Virus record (IMG/VR): IMGVR_UViG_3300032007_000054
Location: 26,167-90,166 of that record
Reading direction: 5' to 3' (one strand)
Origin: a virus
Lineage: Duplodnaviria; Caudoviricetes
Length of the DNA: 64,000 nt
The notes under the pieces were generated by a model that worked only from the letters and a program-made list of their open reading frames with translations, did not search any database and was not told where the DNA came from. A program made the position numbers and the translations under genes. Each line of letters opens with the position of its first letter. Position 1 is the first letter of the stretch. Below are positions 27,462 to 37,782 of this stretch, piece by piece.

Positions 27462-27827
27462 ATGAAAAAGTTATGGAGTAAGATAAAAAATCTGGCGAAG
27501 AAGTTCTGGGAGAAGCTTCAGGATGCATGCATCTGGATCGTCAAAATGGTGAAGAAACTGATCGAATGGTGCATGAATAATCAGGAGGTCGTATATTGCG
27601 GTGTATTTGCAGCATCATGCGCGAATACGATTTATAAGAAATATCGCAAGACAAAGTCTGAAAAAGAGCTGGAATTTCATCGGAATAACCTTTATGACCG
27701 CAGTATGGGGCATTACTGGCAGCTGAGGCGCAGACTTACCTCAGACGAAATGCGTGAATTGGAACAGCGGAAGTATTATGGCGAGAGCATGGGAGATATT
27801 CTGGAAAGTATGAAGGTGCTCGCATAG
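27462..27827 (+). CDS. Hypothetical protein
   Basis: Amphipathic N-terminus; YDRSMGHYWQLRRRLT motif. Confidence 0.7.
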   Translation: MKKLWSKIKNLAKKFWEKLQDACIWIVKMVKKLIEWCMNNQEVVYCGVFAASCANTIYKKYRKTKSEKELEFHRNNLYDRSMGHYWQLRRRLTSDEMRELEQRKYYGESMGDILESMKVLA

Positions 27828-27836
27828 GAGGATTTA

Positions 27837-28646
27837 ATGAATATTGCTAGAGCAGGAAAGTTCGCTTTACAGTTTATAAGGCGAAACTCTCCGATCATTC
27901 TAAGCGTCGCTGCCGGAATCGGATTGGCAGCGCTTTATATTTTAACGATTAAAGAAACAGAAGAAGTTGTCCATGAAATCGAAGAAGCGCCGGAAGAGGA
28001 GGTCCATAGCTTCAAAATGGTGAAAAAAACTGTCAAAATCATGGCACCTTCTTTTGTTGTTTTACTGCTGACGATGTTCTGCATTGTACAGTCCTGCAGG
28101 ATCTCGCAGCATCGAATACGGGACCTTACTCAGTATTCAGCCATGCTGGCAGCAACTTTGAATCAGTATCGGCAGAAAAACCGGGAGATCATCGGACCGG
28201 ATGGTTCTGAAAATAATGACAAATTTATAATGTATGAAATCGCGTCTGAGAATATGCCGGATGAACTGCCTGATGATCCGGAAGATGGAATTCTGTGTGA
28301 ATTAATTGGGTATCCGCATTATTTTAAAGTTCCAAAACTTGAAAATATATATGCCGGATTTTTAAATGCAAATGAATATATGGAAACCGGCTGGGGATCT
28401 GTAGAGTTATCCAAGTTATTCAGATGGATCAATGCAATCCACTATGATGAAAAAGGTCATCGCTGTGGTATGGATGTTAATTATCTGCATTACGGATGGG
28501 AAACACACGATCTGTCAGATTGCGAGAAAGTAAGCGGATTATATCCATATATTGGCCGTATAACAGAGGACAGCGGTTTAGTTGTATATCTGATCGACGT
28601 CCCGGCTCCAAAACCGCTGGACGTAAGTTGGGAATATGGGATCTAA
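27837..28646 (+). CDS. DUF6353-like membrane/coiled-coil protein
   Basis: RRNSPIILSVAAGIG TM, second TM, coiled coil, C-terminal GW domain. Confidence 0.6.
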   Translation: MNIARAGKFALQFIRRNSPIILSVAAGIGLAALYILTIKETEEVVHEIEEAPEEEVHSFKMVKKTVKIMAPSFVVLLLTMFCIVQSCRISQHRIRDLTQYSAMLAATLNQYRQKNREIIGPDGSENNDKFIMYEIASENMPDELPDDPEDGILCELIGYPHYFKVPKLENIYAGFLNANEYMETGWGSVELSKLFRWINAIHYDEKGHRCGMDVNYLHYGWETHDLSDCEKVSGLYPYIGRITEDSGLVVYLIDVPAPKPLDVSWEYGI

Positions 28647-28986
28647 TTATTATTCTGTACGAAATTACCTGTACATTCCGAGAGATGTTCAGTGCGCTCT
28701 GGATATTCTGGAGATGTATAAAAAGAATGTTCTTGATAAGGAATTAACAAGTCATCCGTTAAGCTTTCAGCAGATGATGAATTTGTCCGAACAAAAAGTC
28801 GGTATTGACGAGTTAAAAGATTATCTGATCGACCGGGCCTATGAAGCGCCGATCCATATTCTGATCGCAAACTTTGTCTATAAGATGAATATGAATGCTG
28901 CTTTATCCGGTAATTCTCCTGAGTTGTACCGGCTGTATTGCAATATGCGCGATGCAGCTGAAGATGTAGAATTCCATTTTTTGTAA
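28636..28986 (+). CDS. Hypothetical protein
   Basis: ORF in operon. Confidence 0.65.
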   Translation: MGSNYYSVRNYLYIPRDVQCALDILEMYKKNVLDKELTSHPLSFQQMMNLSEQKVGIDELKDYLIDRAYEAPIHILIANFVYKMNMNAALSGNSPELYRLYCNMRDAAEDVEFHFL

Positions 28987-29008
28987 AAACGAAAGGAAAC
29001 AAATCAAA

Positions 29009-29794
29009 ATGGGAATTAATTTTATGAAGGATGCTGTGAAGGGCCTGTGTACCTTTGCCAAGGTAAATGCAGGTCCGATCTCGACAGTAGCGGTGATCCT
29101 TGGTATGGTCACCGCTTTTTCTTTAGCTGCCAAAGCAGGAAAGGAAGCGGCTGAAGATATTGAGGAAGCGAAGGAAGAGCTGGAGGTTGAGGAATTAACA
29201 CTCGGCGAAAAAGTAAAGTTTACCTGGAAGCGGTTTTTACCGGCAGTGTTTGTGCTGCTGCTGACCATTACAAGCTTCGTATATACGACCCGGCAGATGG
29301 CAAAGCGATATGCTGCACTGTCGGCAGCTTATAGTTTGACTGAAAGTTATCTGAAAGATTACATGGATGCAACAAAAGAAGCTGCCGGTCAAAAGAAAGA
29401 GCAAACGATTCGTGATGCTGCAAATGTAAAACAGGCAAAAAAGTATCCGATCGAACGTGGTGTTATTGAAACCGGGTACGGTGATGATCTGTTTTTTGAT
29501 GAAGTGATCACAACTAGATATTTCAGATCAACACTGGATCACGTACAAGCAGCAGAAAAAGAGCTTGCCAGTATTTATCAGGCTGAAGATTCGATTACCA
29601 TGGATGATTACACATTCCGGATGGGACTTGGTACACGATCAAATAACGGAAATAATCTTGGTTGGAAAAAATCAGGAAAGCTTGATGAAACAAATAAGTT
29701 CTTCCTGTATTATACAGCAGCGATCAGTGACAGCGGAGAACCGTATATCATTATCAGTCAGGGCCCAAACCGTATGACTGATCTTATGCGGTAG
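29009..29794 (+). CDS. DUF6353-like membrane/coiled-coil protein
   Basis: Same architecture; KRYAALSAAYSL, FFDEV..RYFRST, LGW. Confidence 0.65.
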   Translation: MGINFMKDAVKGLCTFAKVNAGPISTVAVILGMVTAFSLAAKAGKEAAEDIEEAKEELEVEELTLGEKVKFTWKRFLPAVFVLLLTITSFVYTTRQMAKRYAALSAAYSLTESYLKDYMDATKEAAGQKKEQTIRDAANVKQAKKYPIERGVIETGYGDDLFFDEVITTRYFRSTLDHVQAAEKELASIYQAEDSITMDDYTFRMGLGTRSNNGNNLGWKKSGKLDETNKFFLYYTAAISDSGEPYIIISQGPNRMTDLMR

Positions 29795-29889
29795 ACTCGC
29801 GAAAAAAACATGGCCTTTAAAGAGAGACAAACAGTCTCTCTTTAATTTTGTTAGTTATTGTTATGTGTAAAAAAGAAAGGAAACAAATT

Positions 29890-30279
29890 ATGGCAGAAAG
29901 TGATGTTATCGTTGAAAACGGCGAAGTTGCGCCGTTCGATATAGAAACCCAGGAAACTGGGATTGTTCCCGTGAATAACGGGGAAATTCAAGAAGTGACC
30001 GCCGGTCAGGCGGCCGTTGTATTAGGAACCACCATGCTGGTGGGATATGGAATCGGCAAACTCGGTGAGTTTGTCTTTGATAAATGGGTTGGTCCAGCTT
30101 GTGGAAAGCTGGCTGACAAATGGAAAGAGCGTAAGGAGAGAAAAAACGCTAAGAAGCTGAAAGATCAGGTCGAAGTGACCGTGATTAAACCGGATGAATC
30201 CGAAAGTTCTGAAGAAGAACAGAAGGATAAATATGAAAAAGCGTCGGAGAAGATTCGCGCAAATGGATATAAGAAATAA
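29890..30279 (+). CDS. Membrane-anchored hypothetical protein
   Basis: ATG 29890 after motif/hairpin at 29797; terminator hairpin ~30303-30340. Confidence 0.65.
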   Translation: MAESDVIVENGEVAPFDIETQETGIVPVNNGEIQEVTAGQAAVVLGTTMLVGYGIGKLGEFVFDKWVGPACGKLADKWKERKERKNAKKLKDQVEVTVIKPDESESSEEEQKDKYEKASEKIRANGYKK

Positions 30280-30358
30280 TTGCTTTTGAAGCAGTTGTTG
30301 TAAAGGGGAGGAATCTTTTACAGATTCTTCTCCTTTTTTATTTTAAATAGGAGGTTCA

Positions 30359-30946
30359 GTGAACGAAAATCAGCAAATCGAACCTGTAGCAAAAGGGCAG
30401 ATGTCAACAAATCGAAAAGGTGTATTCAGAAAGATCTATGATGACATCATTGTGCCGAATGTAGAAGAATTAAAAAATAATTTTATTGATGATGTGATCG
30501 TTCCGCAGACAATGGACTGGATGTCGAGTCTGTTGTTTGGCATGCTGAACGAGATTTTTAAAACACCCGGAAGTTCATCCTCTTCTTATTTTTCGGGTCG
30601 ATACAGAGATTACAACAAAGCTTACCGCAGCAGTTCCGGTTTGGGATCTTCTAGACGTACTGAACGGCGAAATGAATCTAGGCGGGATGATGTCCGGGAT
30701 TGGGAACAGGTGTGTTTCGATACACGCTCTGACGCGGAGCGAGTGATCTCAAGTATGAAAGCCACGATCATGGATTATCAGGTTGTGACGATCGGTGATC
30801 TGTTCAGTTTCGCCGGAATCGAATCTAGCTGGACAGATAATAAATATGGCTGGGCAGATCTCAGCCGGGCCAGAGCAGTACGCGGTCGGGATGGAAAATT
30901 CTATTTGGATCTTCCGAATCCGATGGCGATCGATGATGACAATTAA
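30359..30946 (+). CDS. Conserved phage protein, paralog of 24335
   Basis: GTG with AGGAGG; FDTRSDAERV..VVTIGDLF..DNKYGWADL. Confidence 0.7.
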   Translation: MNENQQIEPVAKGQMSTNRKGVFRKIYDDIIVPNVEELKNNFIDDVIVPQTMDWMSSLLFGMLNEIFKTPGSSSSSYFSGRYRDYNKAYRSSSGLGSSRRTERRNESRRDDVRDWEQVCFDTRSDAERVISSMKATIMDYQVVTIGDLFSFAGIESSWTDNKYGWADLSRARAVRGRDGKFYLDLPNPMAIDDDN

Positions 30947-30970
30947 ATTCAAAATGGAGAAATAAAGGAT

Positions 30971-31897
30971 ATGAATGCAAAACTGGCAATGGAAAAAGCA
31001 GGGTTTGTCTTAAGACAGGCAAGCCCTGAGATTTTAATTGGTGTCGGTATTCTTTCCGGAATTGCTGCGATCTTTACAGCATGTTCCAAAATGAAGAAAG
31101 CCGAAGAAGTTACAGAAGAATTCCATGAAGAAATGGAAGTTATTGCAGAGGAAGAAGAAAAAGGTACAAAAGAATATGCAGCAGCATCTTTTAAAGCCGG
31201 AACGAGATTGTTCGGACGTTATCTGAAGACATTCTGGCTGCCGATCCTGCTGGAGATCTTATCAATTATCGCTATTTGGTACAGTCACGGGATCATGGTA
31301 AAAAGGAATGCGGACCTGGTATCCGCCGCAATTGTTCTGACGCAGCAGCTTGATAAATATCGGGATCGGGTCCGGGAAAAGGTCGGTGATGAAATCGAGA
31401 ATGATCTTTTCTATGGTGTCACCAATAAAAAAGTTGGTGAGACGATCGTTAAAGATGAAAAAGGAAAAGATAAGAAAGTGAAAGTCGTCGAAAAGATTAT
31501 TGAAAACGGAGCTGAAGGGCCATTTGACCGGGTGTTTGATAAAAATAATCATAGTTTTCAAGGTCAGCCCGGTGCGGATATGGGATTCCTCAGAGCTGTT
31601 CGGACAAGTGCTGAAGATATTATGCGAGGCCGTGCAACAAAAAGCAGCAATGGCTGGATCACGATTAATGAAGTACTTACTCAACTTGGGTTTGAACCGG
31701 TAGAGAACGGATTTAATTGGGGTTGGGTGTATAGTCGTTTTGATCCGAAGTATCAATCGACTTATGTTGATTTCGGTGTGAATGATTATTCCAACATGGT
31801 TGTTCGTAATTTTGAAAATGGTCTGGAACCGGTGATGCCTCTGCACTTCAACTGCAAACCATTTGAATTTAGTGAATTGAAGCTTGCGAAGATCTAA
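30971..31897 (+). CDS. DUF6353-like protein
   Basis: QASPEILIGVGI, YRDRVREKVGDE.E, GWITINEVL..LG..GFNWGW, YVDFG. Confidence 0.7.
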   Translation: MNAKLAMEKAGFVLRQASPEILIGVGILSGIAAIFTACSKMKKAEEVTEEFHEEMEVIAEEEEKGTKEYAAASFKAGTRLFGRYLKTFWLPILLEILSIIAIWYSHGIMVKRNADLVSAAIVLTQQLDKYRDRVREKVGDEIENDLFYGVTNKKVGETIVKDEKGKDKKVKVVEKIIENGAEGPFDRVFDKNNHSFQGQPGADMGFLRAVRTSAEDIMRGRATKSSNGWITINEVLTQLGFEPVENGFNWGWVYSRFDPKYQSTYVDFGVNDYSNMVVRNFENGLEPVMPLHFNCKPFEFSELKLAKI

Positions 31898-31898
31898 A

Positions 31899-31988
31899 AT
31901 GAAAGAATTCATATCAATGACATTCGGAACTTTATCCGCACTGTGTCTTATCGGGGGCATAGCGGTCCTCAATGGAGGATCTGCGTGA
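31899..31988 (+). CDS. 29-aa hydrophobic peptide
   Basis: Read manually: MKEFISMTFGTLSALCLIGGIAVLNGGSA; GTGA overlap with next gene. Confidence 0.45.
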   Translation: MKEFISMTFGTLSALCLIGGIAVLNGGSA

Positions 31989-32140
31989 TCGATAAGCTTG
32001 ATTATTTTTTGTGTACAGTAGATGGTCTGCTGGACACGAGTACAAAACGCCATCTCTTCGGCGGCCTGCTGATGAGCATGGCGTTTTTATTTGCAGGAAT
32101 GGCGATAACAGTAATCACGGTGAAGGAGGATAACCACTGA
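31985..32140 (+). CDS. Small membrane protein
   Basis: GTG start; LDTSTKRHLFGGLLMS..TVITV. Confidence 0.6.
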   Translation: MIDKLDYFLCTVDGLLDTSTKRHLFGGLLMSMAFLFAGMAITVITVKEDNH

Positions 32141-32787
32141 TGACCAAAACATTAATTGAAAAGATCCTGCTGTTTTTGGCAGGAAGCGGCACAGGCGGAT
32201 TTGCTGCCTGGATGATTTTAAAAAAGAAATACGATAAAAAGCTCGATGAAGAGATCGCAGAAATGCGAAATGTTATCGAAAAAGGCTACAGCGAAGGTCG
32301 TAAAGATCTTCCTCCTTTTGAGCCGGATGTTGACGAATCTGATATTGAGATCGCAAAAAAAGTAAGCGAGAAGATCCTTCAAAATGCGAATGAAGCAAAG
32401 AATAAAGAAAACGTCCGCGAAATCCTGGAACGCAAGGGTTATGTAAACTATAACCATCCCGGTAATGAAGAGCCGGTCCGCAACGAAGTTCCGGAAGAAT
32501 ATGACCATATTCCTGAACCGGATGAGATCGAAGTTATCGCTCCGGAAGAGTATGGTGAATTACGTGATTATGATCAGGAAACGCTTTATTATCTGCGTGA
32601 TAAGGTCCTTGTAGACAGCAAAGGACATGTAATTGAAAATGTAGGAGATTATGTCAGTTTTGATGCACTGGAACAGTTCGGCCTTTACGGTGAACCGGAT
32701 TCAGTCTATGTGCGGAATCACCATAATCAGATGGATGTAGCGATCTATCTGCGTGAAAATGAAACACTGGCAACTTTCTCCGGTTAG
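32140..32787 (+). CDS. Membrane-anchored acidic protein
   Basis: N-terminal TM; EVIAPEEYG..TLYY..DKVL.D..FG.YGEPDSVYVRN. Confidence 0.7.
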   Translation: MTKTLIEKILLFLAGSGTGGFAAWMILKKKYDKKLDEEIAEMRNVIEKGYSEGRKDLPPFEPDVDESDIEIAKKVSEKILQNANEAKNKENVREILERKGYVNYNHPGNEEPVRNEVPEEYDHIPEPDEIEVIAPEEYGELRDYDQETLYYLRDKVLVDSKGHVIENVGDYVSFDALEQFGLYGEPDSVYVRNHHNQMDVAIYLRENETLATFSG

Positions 32788-32795
32788 GAGGGTAA

Positions 32796-33350
32796 ATGCG
32801 AGATTATGAGCTTGAGAAAGGATATTTTGAATGGCTCTATGATCTCGTCTGCAATGATGGATATGTAAAGGAGCTCGATTATCAGGAGCTCCTTTTTCGT
32901 CTCCATCAAAAAGATTTTGTTTATATTCTGCCAAGAGATGAGAACCGTTTTCAGGACGGTGTAGCCATGCGGTATTACTACGGATATGAGGTAAATGCTC
33001 CAAGAGAGCAGATCACGGATGTTCTGGATAATCGTCCATGCAGTGTTCTCGAAATGTTGATCGCATTAGCGATCCGTATGGAGCAGGAGATCATGTCAGA
33101 TACCGATTACGGAAACCGGACCTGGAAATGGTTCTGGAAAATGATGACCAATATGAATCTTGGCGGAATGACGAATGATAAATTCGACGGAAGATATGTG
33201 GACAGAGTTATAGAGCGTATGCTGGCTCGTAAGTACGAAGCCAACGGAAGAGGAGGCTTATTCACGATCGCCAACTGTAAAGAAGATCTGAGGAACGTTG
33301 AGATCTGGACGCAAATGAACTGGTATCTTAACTCCGCAAGCGAGGTGTAA
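32796..33350 (+). CDS. Conserved phage protein
   Basis: YFEWL, DENRFQDG, CSVLEMLIALA, GRGGLF, EIWTQMNWYL. Confidence 0.75.
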   Translation: MRDYELEKGYFEWLYDLVCNDGYVKELDYQELLFRLHQKDFVYILPRDENRFQDGVAMRYYYGYEVNAPREQITDVLDNRPCSVLEMLIALAIRMEQEIMSDTDYGNRTWKWFWKMMTNMNLGGMTNDKFDGRYVDRVIERMLARKYEANGRGGLFTIANCKEDLRNVEIWTQMNWYLNSASEV

Positions 33351-33554
33351 ATGGAAGCTTTGTATAAGAATAAATTTGAACGATTCCCGGCAGAGCAGTT
33401 GGAAAGCGATGCACTGGTGAAAGTCGGTGAGCGTCACGAAATGTATCTGAATGGCGGAACCTATCTGATTAAAAACGAAATGACCGGGCAATTATATCCG
33501 ATCAGTAAAGAACTTTTTGAGTATTTATTTGAGAAAGAGGAAACAAATGAGTAA
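33351..33554 (+). CDS. Hypothetical protein
   Basis: ORF in operon. Confidence 0.65.
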   Translation: MEALYKNKFERFPAEQLESDALVKVGERHEMYLNGGTYLIKNEMTGQLYPISKELFEYLFEKEETNE

Positions 33555-33795
33555 TGAAGAAATGAACTACAAGCTTGCTGTTGACAATGCAAAAGATATC
33601 CAGCGTCTTAGTGATGCAATGATCCTGCAGTCTGAGATCAATAAAAGTCATCGACGTGCCGGAATGTTTACAAGTCTTGGTTGTATGATCATGGCGGGTG
33701 TTATGTATTTTATTGTCGAAGCCGTTGCTGATCTTCAGAAACGCGTAAAGACGATCGAGGGTGTTGAAAAGAAGATTGACAATACCGAGGACTAA
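33547..33795 (+). CDS. Small membrane protein
   Basis: ATG 33547; central TM; TAATG coupling to replicase gene. Confidence 0.6.
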   Translation: MSNEEMNYKLAVDNAKDIQRLSDAMILQSEINKSHRRAGMFTSLGCMIMAGVMYFIVEAVADLQKRVKTIEGVEKKIDNTED

Positions 33796-36700
33796 TGGAC
33801 TTTCTAGAAATCTCCGAAGAAGAGACCAAAAAAGGTACGGAGATCGTTGCAGGGTTCATTGTCAATAATAGAACGACCGATTTGATGACCCGGGCCAAAG
33901 ATTTTTATGCGGTCTGGGTCGAAGAACTTGGATTGTGGTCCACAGATGAACAGGATCTGATTGAGCTTGTAGATAAAGAGCTCGATCATTATTACAGTGA
34001 GCATCGTGGAAAATGGGAACGGAAGCCAAAGATCAGGCATCTGATCCGTGGTAAAAACAAAGCGATCGATGAGTTTCATCATTATTGCAAAGAGCAGCTT
34101 CGTGAAAACTGGCATCAGCTCGACGAGAAATTGATATTCTCCAATCAGAAGACAAAAAAGAAGGATTATGCAAGCAAAAAGCTTGACTATCCGCTGGAAG
34201 AAGGTCCGCATGAAGCATGGGACCGGCTTATGTCTGTTTTATATTCTGATGAGGAGCGTCATAAAATTGAATGGGCGATCGGAGCCATCGTCAGCGGTGA
34301 CTCCAAAAACATTCAGAAGTTTCTCGTGTTTTACGGTCCACCGGCTTCCGGTAAGTCCACAGTTATCCATATTATCGAAAAATTATTCAAAGGGTATTGC
34401 AGTGTTTTTGATGCCAAAGCGCTTGGATCGACAAATGAGTCATTTGCCATGGCTCCATTTAAATCCAATCCGCTCGTTGCATATCAGCATGACGGTGATC
34501 TTTCGCATATCGAAGACAACACCAGATTGAATTCGATCGTTTCTCATGAAACGGTATTGATCAATGAAAAGAATAAACCGCAATATCCGATGCGCATCAA
34601 CAGTTTTCTTTTCATGGGCACCAACAAGCCGGTACGGATCACAGACGGTAAATCAGGTCTGCTAAGACGGCTGATCGATGTCTCTCCGTCCGGCAAGAAG
34701 GTCCCGAAAAGAGAATATGATGCATTAATGAAGATGATCGACTTTGAACTTGGTGCGATCGCGTGGCATTGCCGGCAAGTTTATTTGGACGATCCGCAAT
34801 GTTATGATGAGTATACACCTTTGAATATGCTCGGTGCATCCAATGACTTTTATAATTTTGTCCTTGAAAAGTACTTCGAATACAAACAGAATGACCATGT
34901 CACATTGCAGGTCGCCTATGAGGACTATAAAAGTTATTGTGAAAGAGCGAATGCTTTCACAATGCCGATGCGGGCATTCAAAGAAGAATTAAGAAACTAT
35001 TTTGTTGATTTTAAAGACCGGGCAACGCTTGAAGACGGTACCCGGGTCCGAAGTTATTTCTCAGGATTCCGGGCAGATAAATTTGAGGAGAAATGGAAAA
35101 AGAAAGATGAGCCGAAAGAGGACCAGAAAAGGTCCTGGCTTGAATTCAAATTCCAGCCGTCACTGCTTGATATTTTGCTTGCTACTTGTGCAGCACAGTA
35201 TGCCAACAGTGAAGGAACGCCTCTGAAAGCATGGGATAACTGCTTTACAAAACTGTCCGGGCTGGATACAAGCAAACTGCATTATGTGCGGGTTCCGCTG
35301 AACCACATTGTAATTGACTTTGATATTCCAGATGAAAACGGAAATAAGTGTTTTGAAAAGAATCTGGCTGAAGCTTCAAAATGGCCTCCAACTTATGCTG
35401 AACTAAGCAAATCCGGAGCCGGGATCCATCTACATTATCTCTATCAGGGAGATCCGACAGAGCTTAAACCGATCTATAAGGAGCATGTCGAAGTCAAGGT
35501 GTTTAATGGTGCAAGCAGCCTGCGCAGACTGTTGACAAAGTGTAATGATATTCCAGTCGCCACGATCAGCTCCGGTCTTCCATTGAAGGAGAAAAAGAAA
35601 GTGGTGAGTTTTGATTCGTTCACCAACGACAAAGCACTGGTCACTGCGATCAAGCGCAACCTGAATAAGGAAAATGTCGCCGGGACGAAACCAAGTGTGG
35701 AATTGATCTATAAGGATCTTGAAAAAGCTTATGCCAGCGGGATGCATTATGATGTGTCAAAATGGAAGCAGCCGATCTATGATTTTGCTTCCAACAGCAC
35801 GCACCATGCCGGTTATTGTATCAAACTATTTAATAAAATGAAGTTTTGCTCCGAGGATGTGGCAGAAGCCGAAATAAATAATGAGCTTCCCATTGTATTT
35901 TTCGATGTGGAAGTATTCAGTAATCTGCTTCTGATCTGCTGGAAATATCCAGGCAAACAAAGTAAAGTCGTGAGGATGATCAATCCGAGTCCTGACGAAG
36001 TTCTTCATTTAATGACTAACTATCGTCTAATCGGGTTCAACTGCCGACGGTACGATAACCATATTTTGTATGCACGGAGCCTTGGAGCAAGTCTTGCCGA
36101 GATCTATGAAGTCAGCAAGGGCATTATTGCGAAGGATAAGAATGCCTTCTTTAAAGAAGCCTATAACGTATCTTATACAGATATTTATGACTTCAGCAGT
36201 AAGAAACAAAGTTTAAAGAAATTCGAGATCGATCTGGGGATCCATCATAAGGAACTTCCGATCCCATGGGATCAGCCGGTTCCTGAGGATCGCTGGGTCG
36301 AAGTTGCTGAATATTGTGACAATGATGTGATCGCGACTGAAGCGGTTTGGGAAGATCGTAAGGACGACTTTACCGCAAGGGAGATTCTGGCGGATATTGC
36401 CGGAATGAGTGTTAACGATACGACAAATACCCTGACTACCAGGATCATTTTCGGTCAGGACCGCAGTCCGCAGAGTCAGTTTAATTATCGGGATCTGAGC
36501 AAACCGGTCGGACCGGAAAGATATTCAGAATACCGGTCGATGTTTGGAGATGACTATGAATTCAGAATATTCGATCAAAATGGTCTGCCAACCTACCAGC
36601 GATATGATGGTGGAGAAATACCTGAAGGATACTCTATTCTCCCATTTTTCCCAGGATACGTCTTCGATTCCGGGAAGTCGGTTTACCTGGGTGAAGAGAT

Positions 36701-37766
36701 CGGTGAAGGCGGACGAGTCTACTCTGAACCCGGAATGTATGGGAATGTGTGGGATGCAGATGTCACCTCCATGCACCCACACAGTATCTGGGCAGAGCGT
36801 CTTTTCGGACCAAAGTACTCTCGGAAATTCTACGATCTTGTAGATATCCGTGTCGCAGTAAAGAAAGCGATCAAAACCGGAAACTTTGAAGATGCTTCAA
36901 AGATGATGGATGGAAAGCTGGCAAAATGGCTTACAGATGCGGATCAGGCAGGCGGATTGGCAAATGCTCTGAAGATCGCTATCAACTCTGTATATGGTCT
37001 GACAAGCGCCAGGTTTGAAAATCCGTTCCGTGACATTCGGAATCGGGATAATATCGTTGCCAAACGCGGTGCGCTGTTCATGACACTCCTGAAGCATGAA
37101 GTTCAGAAGCAGGGGTATCAGGTGGCCCACATCAAAACGGACTCGATCAAGATCCCGAACTGGGATGAAAAGATATTTGAGTTCGTACGGAAGTTTGGGC
37201 ATGAGTACGGATACAACTTTGAAACAGAAGCTGACTTTGACCGTTTCTGTCTGGTGAATGACGCAGTGTATATTGCTCATGATAAAAACTGGGAAGAAGC
37301 TGCTAAAAAGAATCCGGAAATTGCCTGGATGAAAGGATGGACCGCAACAGGAACACAATTTCAGATCCCTTATGTGTTTAAAACATTGTTTGCAAAAACG
37401 GATATTCAATTCGAAGACATGTGCGAAACGAAGTCGGTAACATCTGCGCTCTATCTGGATATGGATGAAAATCTGCCGGAAGGAGAGCATAACTATCAGT
37501 TTGTCGGAAGAGTCGGCTTGTTCTGTCCGGTCAAGCCCGGATCAAACGGCGGACGGCTTGTTCGGGAAGCTATCGATAAAGACGGGAACGTCAAATATGA
37601 CTCGGCAACCGGTGCGAAAGATTACCGCTGGATGGAATCGGAAGATATTCGTAATGCAAATCTATATAACATTATCGACAGAAGCTATTATGACAGGCTC
37701 GTCGAAGAAGCAATCAATGATATTTCACAGTACGGTGACTTTGAATGGTTCCGTGCTGTGAATTGA
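33795..37766 (+). CDS. SF3 helicase / primase / family B DNA polymerase fusion
   Basis: Walker A GPPASGKST, FMGTNKP; DFDIPD..ELSKSGAGIHLHY (AEP-like); Exo FFDVEVF, IGFNCRRYD; PolB DADVTSMHP, KIAINSVYG, HIKTDSIK. Confidence 0.88.
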   Translation: MDFLEISEEETKKGTEIVAGFIVNNRTTDLMTRAKDFYAVWVEELGLWSTDEQDLIELVDKELDHYYSEHRGKWERKPKIRHLIRGKNKAIDEFHHYCKEQLRENWHQLDEKLIFSNQKTKKKDYASKKLDYPLEEGPHEAWDRLMSVLYSDEERHKIEWAIGAIVSGDSKNIQKFLVFYGPPASGKSTVIHIIEKLFKGYCSVFDAKALGSTNESFAMAPFKSNPLVAYQHDGDLSHIEDNTRLNSIVSHETVLINEKNKPQYPMRINSFLFMGTNKPVRITDGKSGLLRRLIDVSPSGKKVPKREYDALMKMIDFELGAIAWHCRQVYLDDPQCYDEYTPLNMLGASNDFYNFVLEKYFEYKQNDHVTLQVAYEDYKSYCERANAFTMPMRAFKEELRNYFVDFKDRATLEDGTRVRSYFSGFRADKFEEKWKKKDEPKEDQKRSWLEFKFQPSLLDILLATCAAQYANSEGTPLKAWDNCFTKLSGLDTSKLHYVRVPLNHIVIDFDIPDENGNKCFEKNLAEASKWPPTYAELSKSGAGIHLHYLYQGDPTELKPIYKEHVEVKVFNGASSLRRLLTKCNDIPVATISSGLPLKEKKKVVSFDSFTNDKALVTAIKRNLNKENVAGTKPSVELIYKDLEKAYASGMHYDVSKWKQPIYDFASNSTHHAGYCIKLFNKMKFCSEDVAEAEINNELPIVFFDVEVFSNLLLICWKYPGKQSKVVRMINPSPDEVLHLMTNYRLIGFNCRRYDNHILYARSLGASLAEIYEVSKGIIAKDKNAFFKEAYNVSYTDIYDFSSKKQSLKKFEIDLGIHHKELPIPWDQPVPEDRWVEVAEYCDNDVIATEAVWEDRKDDFTAREILADIAGMSVNDTTNTLTTRIIFGQDRSPQSQFNYRDLSKPVGPERYSEYRSMFGDDYEFRIFDQNGLPTYQRYDGGEIPEGYSILPFFPGYVFDSGKSVYLGEEIGEGGRVYSEPGMYGNVWDADVTSMHPHSIWAERLFGPKYSRKFYDLVDIRVAVKKAIKTGNFEDASKMMDGKLAKWLTDADQAGGLANALKIAINSVYGLTSARFENPFRDIRNRDNIVAKRGALFMTLLKHEVQKQGYQVAHIKTDSIKIPNWDEKIFEFVRKFGHEYGYNFETEADFDRFCLVNDAVYIAHDKNWEEAAKKNPEIAWMKGWTATGTQFQIPYVFKTLFAKTDIQFEDMCETKSVTSALYLDMDENLPEGEHNYQFVGRVGLFCPVKPGSNGGRLVREAIDKDGNVKYDSATGAKDYRWMESEDIRNANLYNIIDRSYYDRLVEEAINDISQYGDFEWFRAVN

Positions 37767-37782
37767 TATTTAAAGGTCGTTT

